Part shown: piece by piece, positions 19,719 through 28,143 of the stretch
How positions within the stretch are numbered: position 1 is the stretch's first letter
Layout: each line of letters starts with the position of its first letter
Assembly: GCA_034658935.1 (NCBI GenBank)
Contig: JAYEGE010000010.1
Location: 3,903-67,902, forward strand
Direction of reading: 5' to 3'
Length of the DNA stretch: 64,000 nt
Source of the DNA: Patescibacteria group bacterium
Lineage (GTDB): Bacteria > Patescibacteriota > Minisyncoccia > Phycocordibacterales > JACOZG01
Notes under the pieces: model-generated
What the model saw: the letters and a program-made list of their open reading frames with translations, nothing else
Database searches by the model: none
Told to the model about the DNA's origin: nothing
Translations under genes and position numbers: made by a program

Positions 19719-20069
19719 ATGTCACGCTCTAGTCACAAAGGGCCCTATGTTGACCCCCGACTAATTAAGAAAATCGACGGCAAGAAGCCTGGCGATTTGG
19801 ATATGGTCAAAACTTGGTCGCGGAGTAGTACGATCAGCCCCGAAATGGTCGGATTTCGTTTTGGTGTCCACAATGGCAAGGACCATATTGAGGTCTTAGT
19901 AAATGAGGACATGGTCGGTCATAAATTAGGTGAGTTCTCTCCAACCCGTAAATTTTTCCGTCATGGCGGTAAGATGCAGAAGGAATTGGAGCAGAAGAAG
20001 AAAGAAGTTGAGATCGCCGCCGCCCAGTCTGCTAAAGCGGCAGCGTCTGATGCTGGTAAGAAGAAATAG
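19719..20069 (+). CDS. rpsS: 30S ribosomal protein S19 with a Lys/Glu/Ala-rich C-terminal extension
   Basis: Contains [17 protein letters not shown] and HNGKDHIEV. Confidence 0.9.
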   Translation: MSRSSHKGPYVDPRLIKKIDGKKPGDLDMVKTWSRSSTISPEMVGFRFGVHNGKDHIEVLVNEDMVGHKLGEFSPTRKFFRHGGKMQKELEQKKKEVEIAAAQSAKAAASDAGKKK

Positions 20070-20095
20070 TCTGACTACGCTCGCTACAAATAATT

Positions 20096-20446
20096 ATGAA
20101 AGCTGAATTAAAAAATTATCGTCAATCTCCCCGCAAGGTGCGCCTGGTAGCAGATTTAATCAAAGGCCAAACGGTGCCGGCGGCATTGGAGCAATTAGAT
20201 TTTCTCGCCAAGCGGGCGGCCGGGCCTATTTCTAAGTTACTCAAATCGGCAGTGGCTAATGCCAAGGAGGGAGATAAAGACCAAAAAGACAAGAAGAATA
20301 GCAAGAAGGATGTCTTGGTGGTTGGCAATATCCGAGTTGATCAGGGGGCAACCCTAAGGCGCTCCCGACCACGGGCGCGTGGATCGGCCTATCGTATTAA
20401 TAAGCGGACTAGTCATGTCCAGGTCACCCTGGAACGCAAGTTCTAA
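20096..20446 (+). CDS. rplV: 50S ribosomal protein L22
   Basis: L22 family; operon order. Confidence 0.9.
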   Translation: MKAELKNYRQSPRKVRLVADLIKGQTVPAALEQLDFLAKRAAGPISKLLKSAVANAKEGDKDQKDKKNSKKDVLVVGNIRVDQGATLRRSRPRARGSAYRINKRTSHVQVTLERKF

Positions 20447-20465
20447 TCTGAGTTTTTATTTTATT

Positions 20466-21140
20466 ATGTCTCACAGCGTCCACCCATATGCTCACCGCCT
20501 AGGAATAATCCGTGATTGGCAATCGCGCTGGTTTGCTCGTTCCGGTTCGGGCGAGTATCAAAAATGGCTCCGGGCAGATGTGCTGTTGCGGGAGTGGCTG
20601 TCTAAACGCCTCCGCGGTAATTTTGTTAAAGCGATAGAGATTGAGCGCGGTGCTACTCATATGCGTGTGATCGTCAAGACTTCTCGTCCGGGTATGGTTA
20701 TTGGCCGCAACGGGGAGAATAGCCAAAAATTACGCCAAGACATTGTCCATTTTTGGCAACAGCGGAAAATCGATCCACCCCAGGAGCTAAAATTAGACAT
20801 TGAAGAAGTTAAGAATCCAGAGTCGCATGCTCAGATTGCTGGCCAGATGATTGTTGAGGGGCTGGAGCGACGCTTCCCCTTTAAGCGAGCCGCCCGACAG
20901 GTAATAGAGAAGGTAATGGCCAATAAAAATGTTCAGGGAGTGAAAGTAACCCTCTCTGGCCGTCTGGGGGGGGCAGAGATGAGTCGCTCGGAGTCCTTCA
21001 AGAAGGGTAATTTACCTCTTCAAACTCTGCGTGCCGACCTAGACTTTGCCAAGGAGACCGCCTATTTGCCTTATGGTGTTATTGGCGTTAAGGTCTGGAT
21101 CTATCGGGGTGAGGTCTTCGGTAAAGAAACCAAAAGTTAA
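20466..21140 (+). CDS. rpsC: 30S ribosomal protein S3
   Basis: MSHSVHPYAHRLGIIRDWQSRWFA matches the S3 N-terminus. The start was trimmed to the internal Met of the 20379 ORF. Confidence 0.9.
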   Translation: MSHSVHPYAHRLGIIRDWQSRWFARSGSGEYQKWLRADVLLREWLSKRLRGNFVKAIEIERGATHMRVIVKTSRPGMVIGRNGENSQKLRQDIVHFWQQRKIDPPQELKLDIEEVKNPESHAQIAGQMIVEGLERRFPFKRAARQVIEKVMANKNVQGVKVTLSGRLGGAEMSRSESFKKGNLPLQTLRADLDFAKETAYLPYGVIGVKVWIYRGEVFGKETKS

Positions 21141-21227
21141 AATGTCAAAATTCAAATTACAAATGTCAAAAGTGGGACGAGCAAATTTTTTGAAATTTGA
21201 GCTTTGTAATTTGTAATTACCTTAATC
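21141..21227. repeat. Ribosomal-operon intergenic repeat, copy A (~87 nt; AATGTCAAA x2 ... AATTTTTTGAAATTTGNGCTTTGTAATTTG)
   Basis: Aligned by eye to the copies at 22868-22963 and 26141-26239. CAAATTACAAA can hairpin with TTTGTAATTTG. Confidence 0.8.
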
Positions 21228-21653
21228 ATGTTATTTCCCAAAAAAGTTAAATACCGCAAGTGGCAGACTCTACGCCACAACCCCAATAAGCCCAAGGTTG
21301 AAAGTCGGGGGCTACGCTTAGCTTTCGGCTCTTTTGGGATTAAGGCCGTTACCCCTGGTCGGATTCGGTCGAACCAAATCGAGGCTGCCCGTAAGGCAAT
21401 TGTTCGGGAGATTAGTAAGACCGGTAAATTATGGATCCGGATCTTCCCTGACAAGCCTTATACTAGCAAAGCGGCAGAGATTCCCATGGGCTCCGGTAAG
21501 GGTGACCCCCAGGGTTACGAAATGATCGTTTGGCCAGGCCGAATGATTTTCGAGCTTGATGGGGTAGAGGAGGCATTAGCTCGCGAAGCTCTGCGTAAAG
21601 GGGGAGCGAAATTGCCAGTTAAGACCAAACTTATTAGCCGAACGGAGGCTTAA
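21228..21653 (+). CDS. rplP: 50S ribosomal protein L16
   Basis: Starts MLFPKKVKYRKWQ. Confidence 0.93.
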   Translation: MLFPKKVKYRKWQTLRHNPNKPKVESRGLRLAFGSFGIKAVTPGRIRSNQIEAARKAIVREISKTGKLWIRIFPDKPYTSKAAEIPMGSGKGDPQGYEMIVWPGRMIFELDGVEEALAREALRKGGAKLPVKTKLISRTEA

Positions 21654-21662
21654 TCTAAGCTT

Positions 21663-21872
21663 ATGTCTGAAACAACTCAATGGAAAAATAAAAGCAGAGA
21701 GGAGTTGCTTAAGGCGTTGACCGAAAAGCGGGATGCTTGGAGGGCCATCCGTTTCGGCGCTACCGGCAGTAAGTCAGCTGACGTTAAGGCGGTGAAGAAT
21801 TTGCGCCGAGAGATCGCCAGCATCATGGCCCGTCTTGCTGACGAATCCGGGCAGGCCACTCAAGTAAGTTAA
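21663..21872 (+). CDS. rpmC: 50S ribosomal protein L29
   Basis: L29 family; operon order. Confidence 0.85.
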   Translation: MSETTQWKNKSREELLKALTEKRDAWRAIRFGATGSKSADVKAVKNLRREIASIMARLADESGQATQVS

Positions 21873-21882
21873 TTTATTTATT

Positions 21883-22155
21883 ATGGCAACCAAAACCAAC
21901 AACTCAACTTCTGATCCCAGACGCCAAGTTCTTCAAGGTGTGGTAGTTTCTGCCAAGATACCAAAGACAATAGTGGTGGAGGTCGAGCGTTATTTCAAAC
22001 ACGCCAAATACGACAAGTATATTCGCCGCTCTAAGCGTTATTTGGCCCATGATGAAGCTGATCACCAGGTTGGGGATCAGGTCTCTATCGGGGTATGTCG
22101 CCCGCTGTCTAAACGGAAGCATTTCATGGTTCTCCGCGATACCACCAAAAGCTAA
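21883..22155 (+). CDS. rpsQ: 30S ribosomal protein S17
   Basis: S17 OB-fold sequence with a C-terminal CRPLSKRK. Confidence 0.9.
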   Translation: MATKTNNSTSDPRRQVLQGVVVSAKIPKTIVVEVERYFKHAKYDKYIRRSKRYLAHDEADHQVGDQVSIGVCRPLSKRKHFMVLRDTTKS

Positions 22156-22163
22156 AAGTTATT

Positions 22164-22544
22164 ATGATTCAGCCTCAATCCATTGTTAAGATTGCTGACA
22201 ACACCGGCGCCAAGTTGGGGCGGGTATTTAAGGTGCTTGGCTCTTCTAAGAAACGTTATGCTGAAATTGGCGAGTTGGTTATCCTCTCGGTCCAGAGTGC
22301 CGAGCCACGCAAGTCAGTTAAAAAGAAAGAGATCTGCCGGGCTTTAGTGATTCGACAGAAGAAGCCCCTTCGTCGAGCTGATGGTTCGTATGTCCGTTTT
22401 GATGAGAATGCGGTGGTTATATTAGAGGCTTCAGGCAAGGACGCGAAAGAACCTAAGGGGGGTCGCATCTTCGGCCCTATCCCACGAGAGATCAGCGAAT
22501 TAGGGTATCAAAAGATTGTTTCTCTGGCACCAGAAGTCGTATGA
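22164..22544 (+). CDS. rplN: 50S ribosomal protein L14
   Basis: Starts MIQPQSIVKIADNTGAK. Confidence 0.95.
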   Translation: MIQPQSIVKIADNTGAKLGRVFKVLGSSKKRYAEIGELVILSVQSAEPRKSVKKKEICRALVIRQKKPLRRADGSYVRFDENAVVILEASGKDAKEPKGGRIFGPIPREISELGYQKIVSLAPEVV

Positions 22545-22867
22545 AAATCAAAAAAGGCGACAATGTAATAGTAATTGCTGGTAAGGACAAGGGCCGTCAG
22601 GGCAAAGTTCTTCGGGCTCTCCCGGCCAGGGCGGAGGGCGGTTTTCATCTGGATAAATTGATTGTAGAGGGGGTAAATATACAGAAGCAACGCCAACGAC
22701 CAAAGCGTAGCGGTCAAAAAGGTCAGACTATCCAGGCGCCGGCACCTTTAGCCGCCTCTAATGTTCTACTCCACTGCTCTGCTTGTAAGAGAGGGGTGAG
22801 AACTGGAAGTAAGATAACGGGCAAAAAGAAAACAAGGGTTTGTCGTCAATGCGGAAAAGGAATATAA
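22541..22867 (+). CDS. rplX: 50S ribosomal protein L24 with a C-terminal CxxC...CxxC zinc-ribbon tail
   Basis: MKIKKGDNVIVIAGKDKGRQGKV (KOW domain). The C-terminus is CSACKRGVRTGSKITGKKKTRVCRQCGK. Confidence 0.88.
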   Translation: MKIKKGDNVIVIAGKDKGRQGKVLRALPARAEGGFHLDKLIVEGVNIQKQRQRPKRSGQKGQTIQAPAPLAASNVLLHCSACKRGVRTGSKITGKKKTRVCRQCGKGI

Positions 22868-22963
22868 ACGATAATGTCAAAACTCAAATTACAAATAACA
22901 AAAAGAGGTCGGACGATCGAATTTTTTGAAATTTGGACTTTGTAATTTGAACTTTCAACTACC
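22868..22963. repeat. Ribosomal-operon intergenic repeat, copy B
   Basis: See copy A. It shares the 3' core AATTTTTTGAAATTTGGACTTTGTAATTTG. Confidence 0.8.
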
Positions 22964-23497
22964 ATGTCTATTACCAAAGAAAAATTAGATAAAAGTTTGT
23001 CGCAACTGAAGTCGGAACTTAATGAGACCAACTTGTTGGCTTTGCCTCGTCTGACTAAAATCGTAGTCAACACTGGTCTGGGCCGCAATAGGGATAAAAA
23101 GCATCTAGAATTAGTTACTGATAGGCTCGCAAAGATCACTGGACAAAAAGTATCTACTCGCGGAGCCAAGAAGTCAGTTGCTTCCTTTAAGGTTCGCGAA
23201 GGAGATATCATCGGGGCGGCCGTGACGTTGCGGGGCGGTCAGATGTGGGGTTTTCTCGACAAATTGCTCAATGTGGCTATTCCAAGGATTCGGGACTTTC
23301 GTGGTTTTGAGATCAAGAGCATTGATGATGTCGGCAATTTATCGATTGGTATTAAAGAGCATACGATTTTCCCAGAGACCGCTGATGAGGACTTGAAAGA
23401 TGTTTTTGGGATGACGATTACTCTGGCCACCACTGCCGGAGACAAGAAGGTTGCTCAGGCCTTTTTCCGGGCTATGGGTTTTCCTTTTAAGAAATAA
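22964..23497 (+). CDS. rplE: 50S ribosomal protein L5
   Basis: L5 family; operon order. Confidence 0.93.
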   Translation: MSITKEKLDKSLSQLKSELNETNLLALPRLTKIVVNTGLGRNRDKKHLELVTDRLAKITGQKVSTRGAKKSVASFKVREGDIIGAAVTLRGGQMWGFLDKLLNVAIPRIRDFRGFEIKSIDDVGNLSIGIKEHTIFPETADEDLKDVFGMTITLATTAGDKKVAQAFFRAMGFPFKK

Positions 23498-23587
23498 TTG
23501 GTTATCCACGTCCTCGTTTCCTTTTTTGAGCCCCGGAACTATAATGAGTAGGGGTTTTCTTTTATCATCAGCCTCCGAATAATTAAT

Positions 23588-25162
23588 GTGAAAAAGACTA
23601 TTTTAATAAGTTTAGTTGTTTTGTTGGCGGTAGCAGTATTGTTTGGCTCTATAAATGTGGTCACGGCCCAGGTTATTGGAGGTAAAATCGGTTTTTTAGA
23701 CCAAATAATGAGAAGTTTGGGCTGGGTAATTGGAGACCAAACTGCTCAGGTGGTTAAGAAGGATGACTCTGTACCCAGCTCTAGCGGTGTCGCGCCTGCC
23801 AGTGACGGTGGCGGGGTGGGGGTTACTGTCTCTATCCCTGTCAGCTCTGCATCTATTGGCGGCGGTATAGGCTCGGCTTCTGCGGTTACTTCCGTCTCTA
23901 GTAGCCCTGTCCCATCTGGGGGCAATACTGGCTCTGGTGGAGTCACGGCTAACTCCACCAGCGATGACAACGTTCTCACAAATAATACTGTTGAGGGGAC
24001 ACTCGATGGCAGTGACCATGATTTATCGTGGTATAACCCTAAGACCAAGACTTGGGAGTCTACCTCTAGCCAGAAAGGCGTATTCAAATTTGACGGCAGT
24101 ACGGTTGGCATAGGCTCTGCGCCCACTAGTGCCAGCCTTAGTGTTGCTGCCGCTGGTGGGTCTGTCGCGATTGATGGCCGAAATACCACTGGAACTGCCT
24201 TTATTGGACATAGCGAGGAGGGCGTTGGTATACGAGGGAGTAGTAACGGTTTTTTTAATATATCAGATCCGGCGTCTATCCCATCTGTCGGGGTTTTTGG
24301 TCGGGCAAATTCTGGTGTCGGCTTGTATGGTTTCAGTAATACGGGGGTCGCCGTGAGGGTGGCAGGGGGGGAATTTGGCTTGTACCAACAAGGGTTAAGC
24401 TCGAAGAATTTTTTTGAGGGTAAAGTTGGAATCGGCACTCGAAATCCAGCTACTGAGCTAGATGTTAACGGCAGAATTAGTGTGAGTTCGGATATTGGCA
24501 CTGCCCTATCTGTTCGAGGTCAGGTGGGTATATTTGATGGTACTCAGGGTGCTGGCAAGGTGCTCACCTCTAATTCCGCGGGTTTGGCTTCTTGGCAGAT
24601 GCCCGCTGAGGCTGGCAGTGAGTTCTGGGCCGGCATAGAGGGCGACAATATTTATAATATCAATAGCGGAAATGTCTCTATCGGGGCGGCATCTCGTTCT
24701 TCGGCCAAGCTTTTTGTTACTGCTCATACTAACAACCCAGCGGTCAGAGCGGAGAATAATGGCGGTGGTACCACTCTCCAAATATTAAACGGTGACGGGG
24801 GTGTGGGAATTCAGCAGGTGGGCGGAGACAGGAATTATTTTGAGGGCGATATCGGGATTGGCGTCCAAGATCCCGCTGAACGTCTAGATCTTGGTGGTGG
24901 GAATATCAAAATGGGCCACGAAATAGTGTCTGCTTGGGGTAGTACTACGGGTGGACGTGTTATCAACGTGTTTTGCCCAGAGGACAAGTTTGTGATTGGT
25001 GGGGGTTGTGAGATAACCGATGACAGTGGCTCTACAATATCAATTTCATCTCCCATTGATCTCGCTGAGTCTGCTTCAGGATCAGGTGGCTGGTCGTGTA
25101 AATGGAGCGGTGGTAGGGGAGAAGTTGGGGTCGCCAAAGCCATCTGCGCTAATATTAGGTAA
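23588..25162 (+). CDS. Secreted or membrane-anchored Gly/Ser-rich 524-aa protein inserted in the spc operon. The C-terminus is Cys-rich (CPEDKFVIGGGCEI...WSCKW...CANIR). Start is GTG.
   Basis: N-terminal signal/anchor MKKTILISLVVLLAVAVLF, then long G/S/T-rich low-complexity sequence. No catalytic motifs. Confidence 0.6.
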   Translation: MKKTILISLVVLLAVAVLFGSINVVTAQVIGGKIGFLDQIMRSLGWVIGDQTAQVVKKDDSVPSSSGVAPASDGGGVGVTVSIPVSSASIGGGIGSASAVTSVSSSPVPSGGNTGSGGVTANSTSDDNVLTNNTVEGTLDGSDHDLSWYNPKTKTWESTSSQKGVFKFDGSTVGIGSAPTSASLSVAAAGGSVAIDGRNTTGTAFIGHSEEGVGIRGSSNGFFNISDPASIPSVGVFGRANSGVGLYGFSNTGVAVRVAGGEFGLYQQGLSSKNFFEGKVGIGTRNPATELDVNGRISVSSDIGTALSVRGQVGIFDGTQGAGKVLTSNSAGLASWQMPAEAGSEFWAGIEGDNIYNINSGNVSIGAASRSSAKLFVTAHTNNPAVRAENNGGGTTLQILNGDGGVGIQQVGGDRNYFEGDIGIGVQDPAERLDLGGGNIKMGHEIVSAWGSTTGGRVINVFCPEDKFVIGGGCEITDDSGSTISISSPIDLAESASGSGGWSCKWSGGRGEVGVAKAICANIR

Positions 25163-25193
25163 CGTTAAGCTCTCCGAATAAACAAATAAACCC

Positions 25194-25227
25194 AAAACCA
25201 CCCCGCCTTTGGCGGGGTGGTTTTGGG
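25194..25227 (+). terminator. Rho-independent terminator (CCACCCCGCC-TTTG-GCGGGGTGG plus TTTTGGG)
   Basis: A GC hairpin and T-run ~30 nt after the 23588-25162 stop. Confidence 0.8.
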
Positions 25228-25245
25228 TGTCGCGCGTTGGGGGGA

Positions 25246-25254
25246 TGGTATAAT
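25246..25254 (+). promoter_or_regulatory. Candidate extended -10 promoter TGGTATAAT feeding a ~300-nt leader before rpsZ
   Basis: A perfect TGnTATAAT just downstream of the terminator. No clear -35. Confidence 0.4.
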
Positions 25255-25557
25255 TGAAATAATATGAATAGAGATTCAAAATTGGTCCTAGTTTTAATCG
25301 TATTGTAGGACGATTGCTGATCCCCATACGAAATATTGCTGCTATTACCAGGCCGTCTGTGTGTTTTCCTGGTGTGTAGGTGATATCGAAGCTTACGAGG
25401 CCTGTGACCAGGGCTTTACGAAGCGGTGTTCTCTCTGGTTTGACCTCCTCTCAGTCTTCTGCTAAACTATCAGCTAGCTCTAATTACGGGAGCTGGCTGA
25501 TTTTCCGCCTTATTGGTGGGTCGCTGAAAGGCGATTTCTTTGTCTATATTTGTAAAC

Positions 25558-25743
25558 ATGGCCAAAACCTCAGTAATTGCGCGCTCTCAGAAGCCGCCCA
25601 AATTTAGCACTCGGCTGGTCCGGCGTTGTTTTCGTTGTGGTCGCGGTAAGGCCTATATGCGTGATTTTGGTCTCTGTAGAATTTGCTTTAGGGAATTAGC
25701 CAACGAGGGCCGTATCCCCGGTGTTAAGAAATCATCCTGGTAG
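25558..25743 (+). CDS. rpsZ: 30S ribosomal protein S14 type Z (Zn-binding, 61 aa)
   Basis: [48 protein letters not shown]. The start was trimmed to the internal Met. Confidence 0.9.
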   Translation: MAKTSVIARSQKPPKFSTRLVRRCFRCGRGKAYMRDFGLCRICFRELANEGRIPGVKKSSW

Positions 25744-25747
25744 GTCT

Positions 25748-26140
25748 ATGTTAATGGATCCTCTAGCTGATATGTTGACAGTAATTAGGAACGCTTCACG
25801 CGCAGGCTTGCCTAGTGCCAGCTTCCCTTTTTCTAACTTTAAATCAGCGGTGGCCGACAAGCTGAAGCGGACTGGCTATCTCAGGTCGGTTACCAATAAA
25901 GGCAAGAAAGTAAAGAAGACGATAGAGGTTGAGTTACTTTATGGAAACGGAGGGCCTAAGATTAAGGAGCTCCGACGTCTGTCTAAGCCCTCATGTCGAG
26001 TCTATCGGCCGATTAAGGCTATCCATTCAGTGCGACAGGGTTATGGGTCTGCTTTCTACTCGACTTCTAGCGGGATACTCACTGATAAGGAGGCGAGGGA
26101 GGCTAAGATTGGCGGAGAGCTATTATTTAGAATTTGGTAA
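25748..26140 (+). CDS. rpsH: 30S ribosomal protein S8
   Basis: MLMDPLADMLTVIRNA matches the S8 N-terminus. The start was trimmed. Confidence 0.9.
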   Translation: MLMDPLADMLTVIRNASRAGLPSASFPFSNFKSAVADKLKRTGYLRSVTNKGKKVKKTIEVELLYGNGGPKIKELRRLSKPSCRVYRPIKAIHSVRQGYGSAFYSTSSGILTDKEAREAKIGGELLFRIW

Positions 26141-26239
26141 TCTTAGAAAATGTCAAAGTCCAAAAACCAAATGTCAAAGGAGGGTCAAATGATTAAATTT
26201 TTTGAAATTTGGGCTTTGTAATTTGGATTTATTGAATAT
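26141..26239. repeat. Ribosomal-operon intergenic repeat, copy C
   Basis: See copy A. Contains AATGTCAAAG x2 and AATTTTTTGAAATTTGGGCTTTGTAATTTG. Confidence 0.8.
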
Positions 26240-26782
26240 ATGTCACGAATTGGCAAACAAGCAATCATGATTCCCGATAAGGTGGAATGTTACCAAGAAG
26301 GCGAATCTATTACGGTAAAAGGGCCCCTGGGGACAGTGGCCAAGACTTTTCGTGATGACGTCAATATTTTGATTGCGGCTAATAATGTTACCCTGACCCC
26401 CAAGCGGATGACCGCTGGTGGGCGAGCTCTTTGGGGCACTTATGCTTCTCATATTCGGAATATGATCCAAGGTGTCACCGCTGGTTATGAGAAGAAATTA
26501 ATTATCGAGGGAGTGGGTTTCAAGGTGGCTATGGCGGGGACGAAGCTAACCTTCAATCTAGGCTGGTCTCATTCGCGAGACCTTGAAATTCCCAAGGATC
26601 TCAAAGTCAATGTTGAGAAAAACTCAATTACCGTTAGCGGAGTGAATAAGGAATCGGTCGGCCAATTTGCGGCCAAGATTAGAGCTCTGAAGAAGCCTGA
26701 GCCGTATCAGGGCAAAGGTATCCGTTATTCAGATGAGGTTGTGCGTCGCAAGGCTGGCAAGAAAGCCACTGTTGCTGCTTAA
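26240..26782 (+). CDS. rplF: 50S ribosomal protein L6
   Basis: Starts [15 protein letters not shown]. Confidence 0.93.
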   Translation: MSRIGKQAIMIPDKVECYQEGESITVKGPLGTVAKTFRDDVNILIAANNVTLTPKRMTAGGRALWGTYASHIRNMIQGVTAGYEKKLIIEGVGFKVAMAGTKLTFNLGWSHSRDLEIPKDLKVNVEKNSITVSGVNKESVGQFAAKIRALKKPEPYQGKGIRYSDEVVRRKAGKKATVAA

Positions 26783-26786
26783 GATT

Positions 26787-27143
26787 ATGAATAAACAAAC
26801 CAAAATCGATAATAGGCAACGTCGTCACCGTCGAGTACGGGCGAAAGTGACAGGTACGGCCCAGCGGCCTCGCTTGTCTGTCTTCCGATCGAGTAAATAT
26901 ATTTATGCCCAGATTGTTGATGATGGTGCTGGTCGGACCTTGGTCGCCGCTAATGATCTTAAGTCGGCCACTAGGCAGTCGCTAGCCAAGACTGATAGCG
27001 CCAAGGCGGTCGGTCAAGTTGTAGCCGAGCTGGCTTTAGCTAAGAAGATCAAACAAGTATCGTTTGACCGCGGGGGTTACCTTTATACTGGTCGAGTTAG
27101 GGCTTTGGCCGAAGCGGCTCGGGCTGGCGGCCTGCAATTTTAA
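26787..27143 (+). CDS. rplR: 50S ribosomal protein L18
   Basis: Contains [33 protein letters not shown]. The start was trimmed to the internal Met. Confidence 0.9.
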   Translation: MNKQTKIDNRQRRHRRVRAKVTGTAQRPRLSVFRSSKYIYAQIVDDGAGRTLVAANDLKSATRQSLAKTDSAKAVGQVVAELALAKKIKQVSFDRGGYLYTGRVRALAEAARAGGLQF

Positions 27144-27149
27144 ATAATC

Positions 27150-27701
27150 ATGCCTACTCCGAGTAATCACTCTAATAACGCAAGGGGAAATGGTCCTGCC
27201 GGTGCTAACCGGCCTGGGGGCGGTCGCCGTACAATGCGCCCGCGACGAGGTCCTCGGCCCGAGCGTCCTAAGCCTGAGTATGACCAGGAAGTGCTCGATG
27301 TTCGCCGAGTGGCTCGAGTGATGCGTGGTGGTAAGCGTTTCCGCTTTCTAATTATTATGGCAATCGGCAATCGTCGCGGTAAAGTTGGTGTGGGTACGGG
27401 TAAGGGGGCCGATATCTCCTTGGCGATGGAGAAGGCGGCGCGTGATGCCAAGAAGCACCTCGTTGAATTAAAGCTCACCAAGGGCATGTCTTTGCCTCAC
27501 GAGCTTAGTGCTAAACATTGCAGCTCTCGAGTTATAATGCGACCAGCTCGTGGACGTGGTTTAGCTGCTGGCTCAGCGGTGCGAACGGTATTGACTCTGG
27601 CGGGCGTGCAGGATGTTAGTGCCAAGATTCAATCGAAAAGTAAGAATAAGCTTAATAATGCCCGCGCCGCCATGGCCGCCCTATCTCAGGTCCGAGTCTA
27701 G
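27150..27701 (+). CDS. rpsE: 30S ribosomal protein S5 with an Arg/Gly/Pro-rich N-terminal extension
   Basis: VLDVRRVARVMRGGKRFRF core; the dsRBD-like S5 domain. Confidence 0.9.
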   Translation: MPTPSNHSNNARGNGPAGANRPGGGRRTMRPRRGPRPERPKPEYDQEVLDVRRVARVMRGGKRFRFLIIMAIGNRRGKVGVGTGKGADISLAMEKAARDAKKHLVELKLTKGMSLPHELSAKHCSSRVIMRPARGRGLAAGSAVRTVLTLAGVQDVSAKIQSKSKNKLNNARAAMAALSQVRV

Positions 27702-27704
27702 CTT

Positions 27705-28136
27705 ATGCAACTTCATAATTTAAAACGACGTACCCCTCTCAAGAAAGCTCGCCGTGTTGCTCGTGGTGGTAAGCGTGGTAAGACTGCTGGTCGGGGGACT
27801 AAGGGACAGAAGTCTCGAGCCGGACACCATATTCGTCCAGAGGCGAGGGATAGGATCAAGAAATTACCTAAACAACGTGGTTACCGATTCAATTCCTTTC
27901 AAGTCAAACCAGCGGTGCTTAATTTGGAAGATCTAGAAAGGGCCTTTAAGGCTGGTGAGCAGGTGAGCCCACAGAATCTGCTCGAGCGTGGCCTGGTTAC
28001 TAAACGTGGGGGCCGCTTACCTGCCGTCAAATTGCTCGGCAATGGCGCTCTGAAAAAGTCACTCAAGGTCGCGGGCTGCCAATATTCCACCACTGCCAAG
28101 GAGAAGATTGAGGCGGCTGGCGGCAGTCTGGAATAA
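27705..28136 (+). CDS. rplO: 50S ribosomal protein L15 (follows rpsE directly, with no L30 gene)
   Basis: Starts MQLHNLKRRTPLKKARRVARGG...GRGTKGQKSR. Confidence 0.9.
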   Translation: MQLHNLKRRTPLKKARRVARGGKRGKTAGRGTKGQKSRAGHHIRPEARDRIKKLPKQRGYRFNSFQVKPAVLNLEDLERAFKAGEQVSPQNLLERGLVTKRGGRLPAVKLLGNGALKKSLKVAGCQYSTTAKEKIEAAGGSLE

Positions 28137-28143
28137 TTAAGTC

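Noticed and set aside
20379-20465. N-terminal 29 codons of the 20379 ORF that overlap rplV
   Set aside because: S3 homology begins at the internal Met (MSHSVHPY) at 20466. The upstream extension overlaps the L22 coding sequence in another frame.
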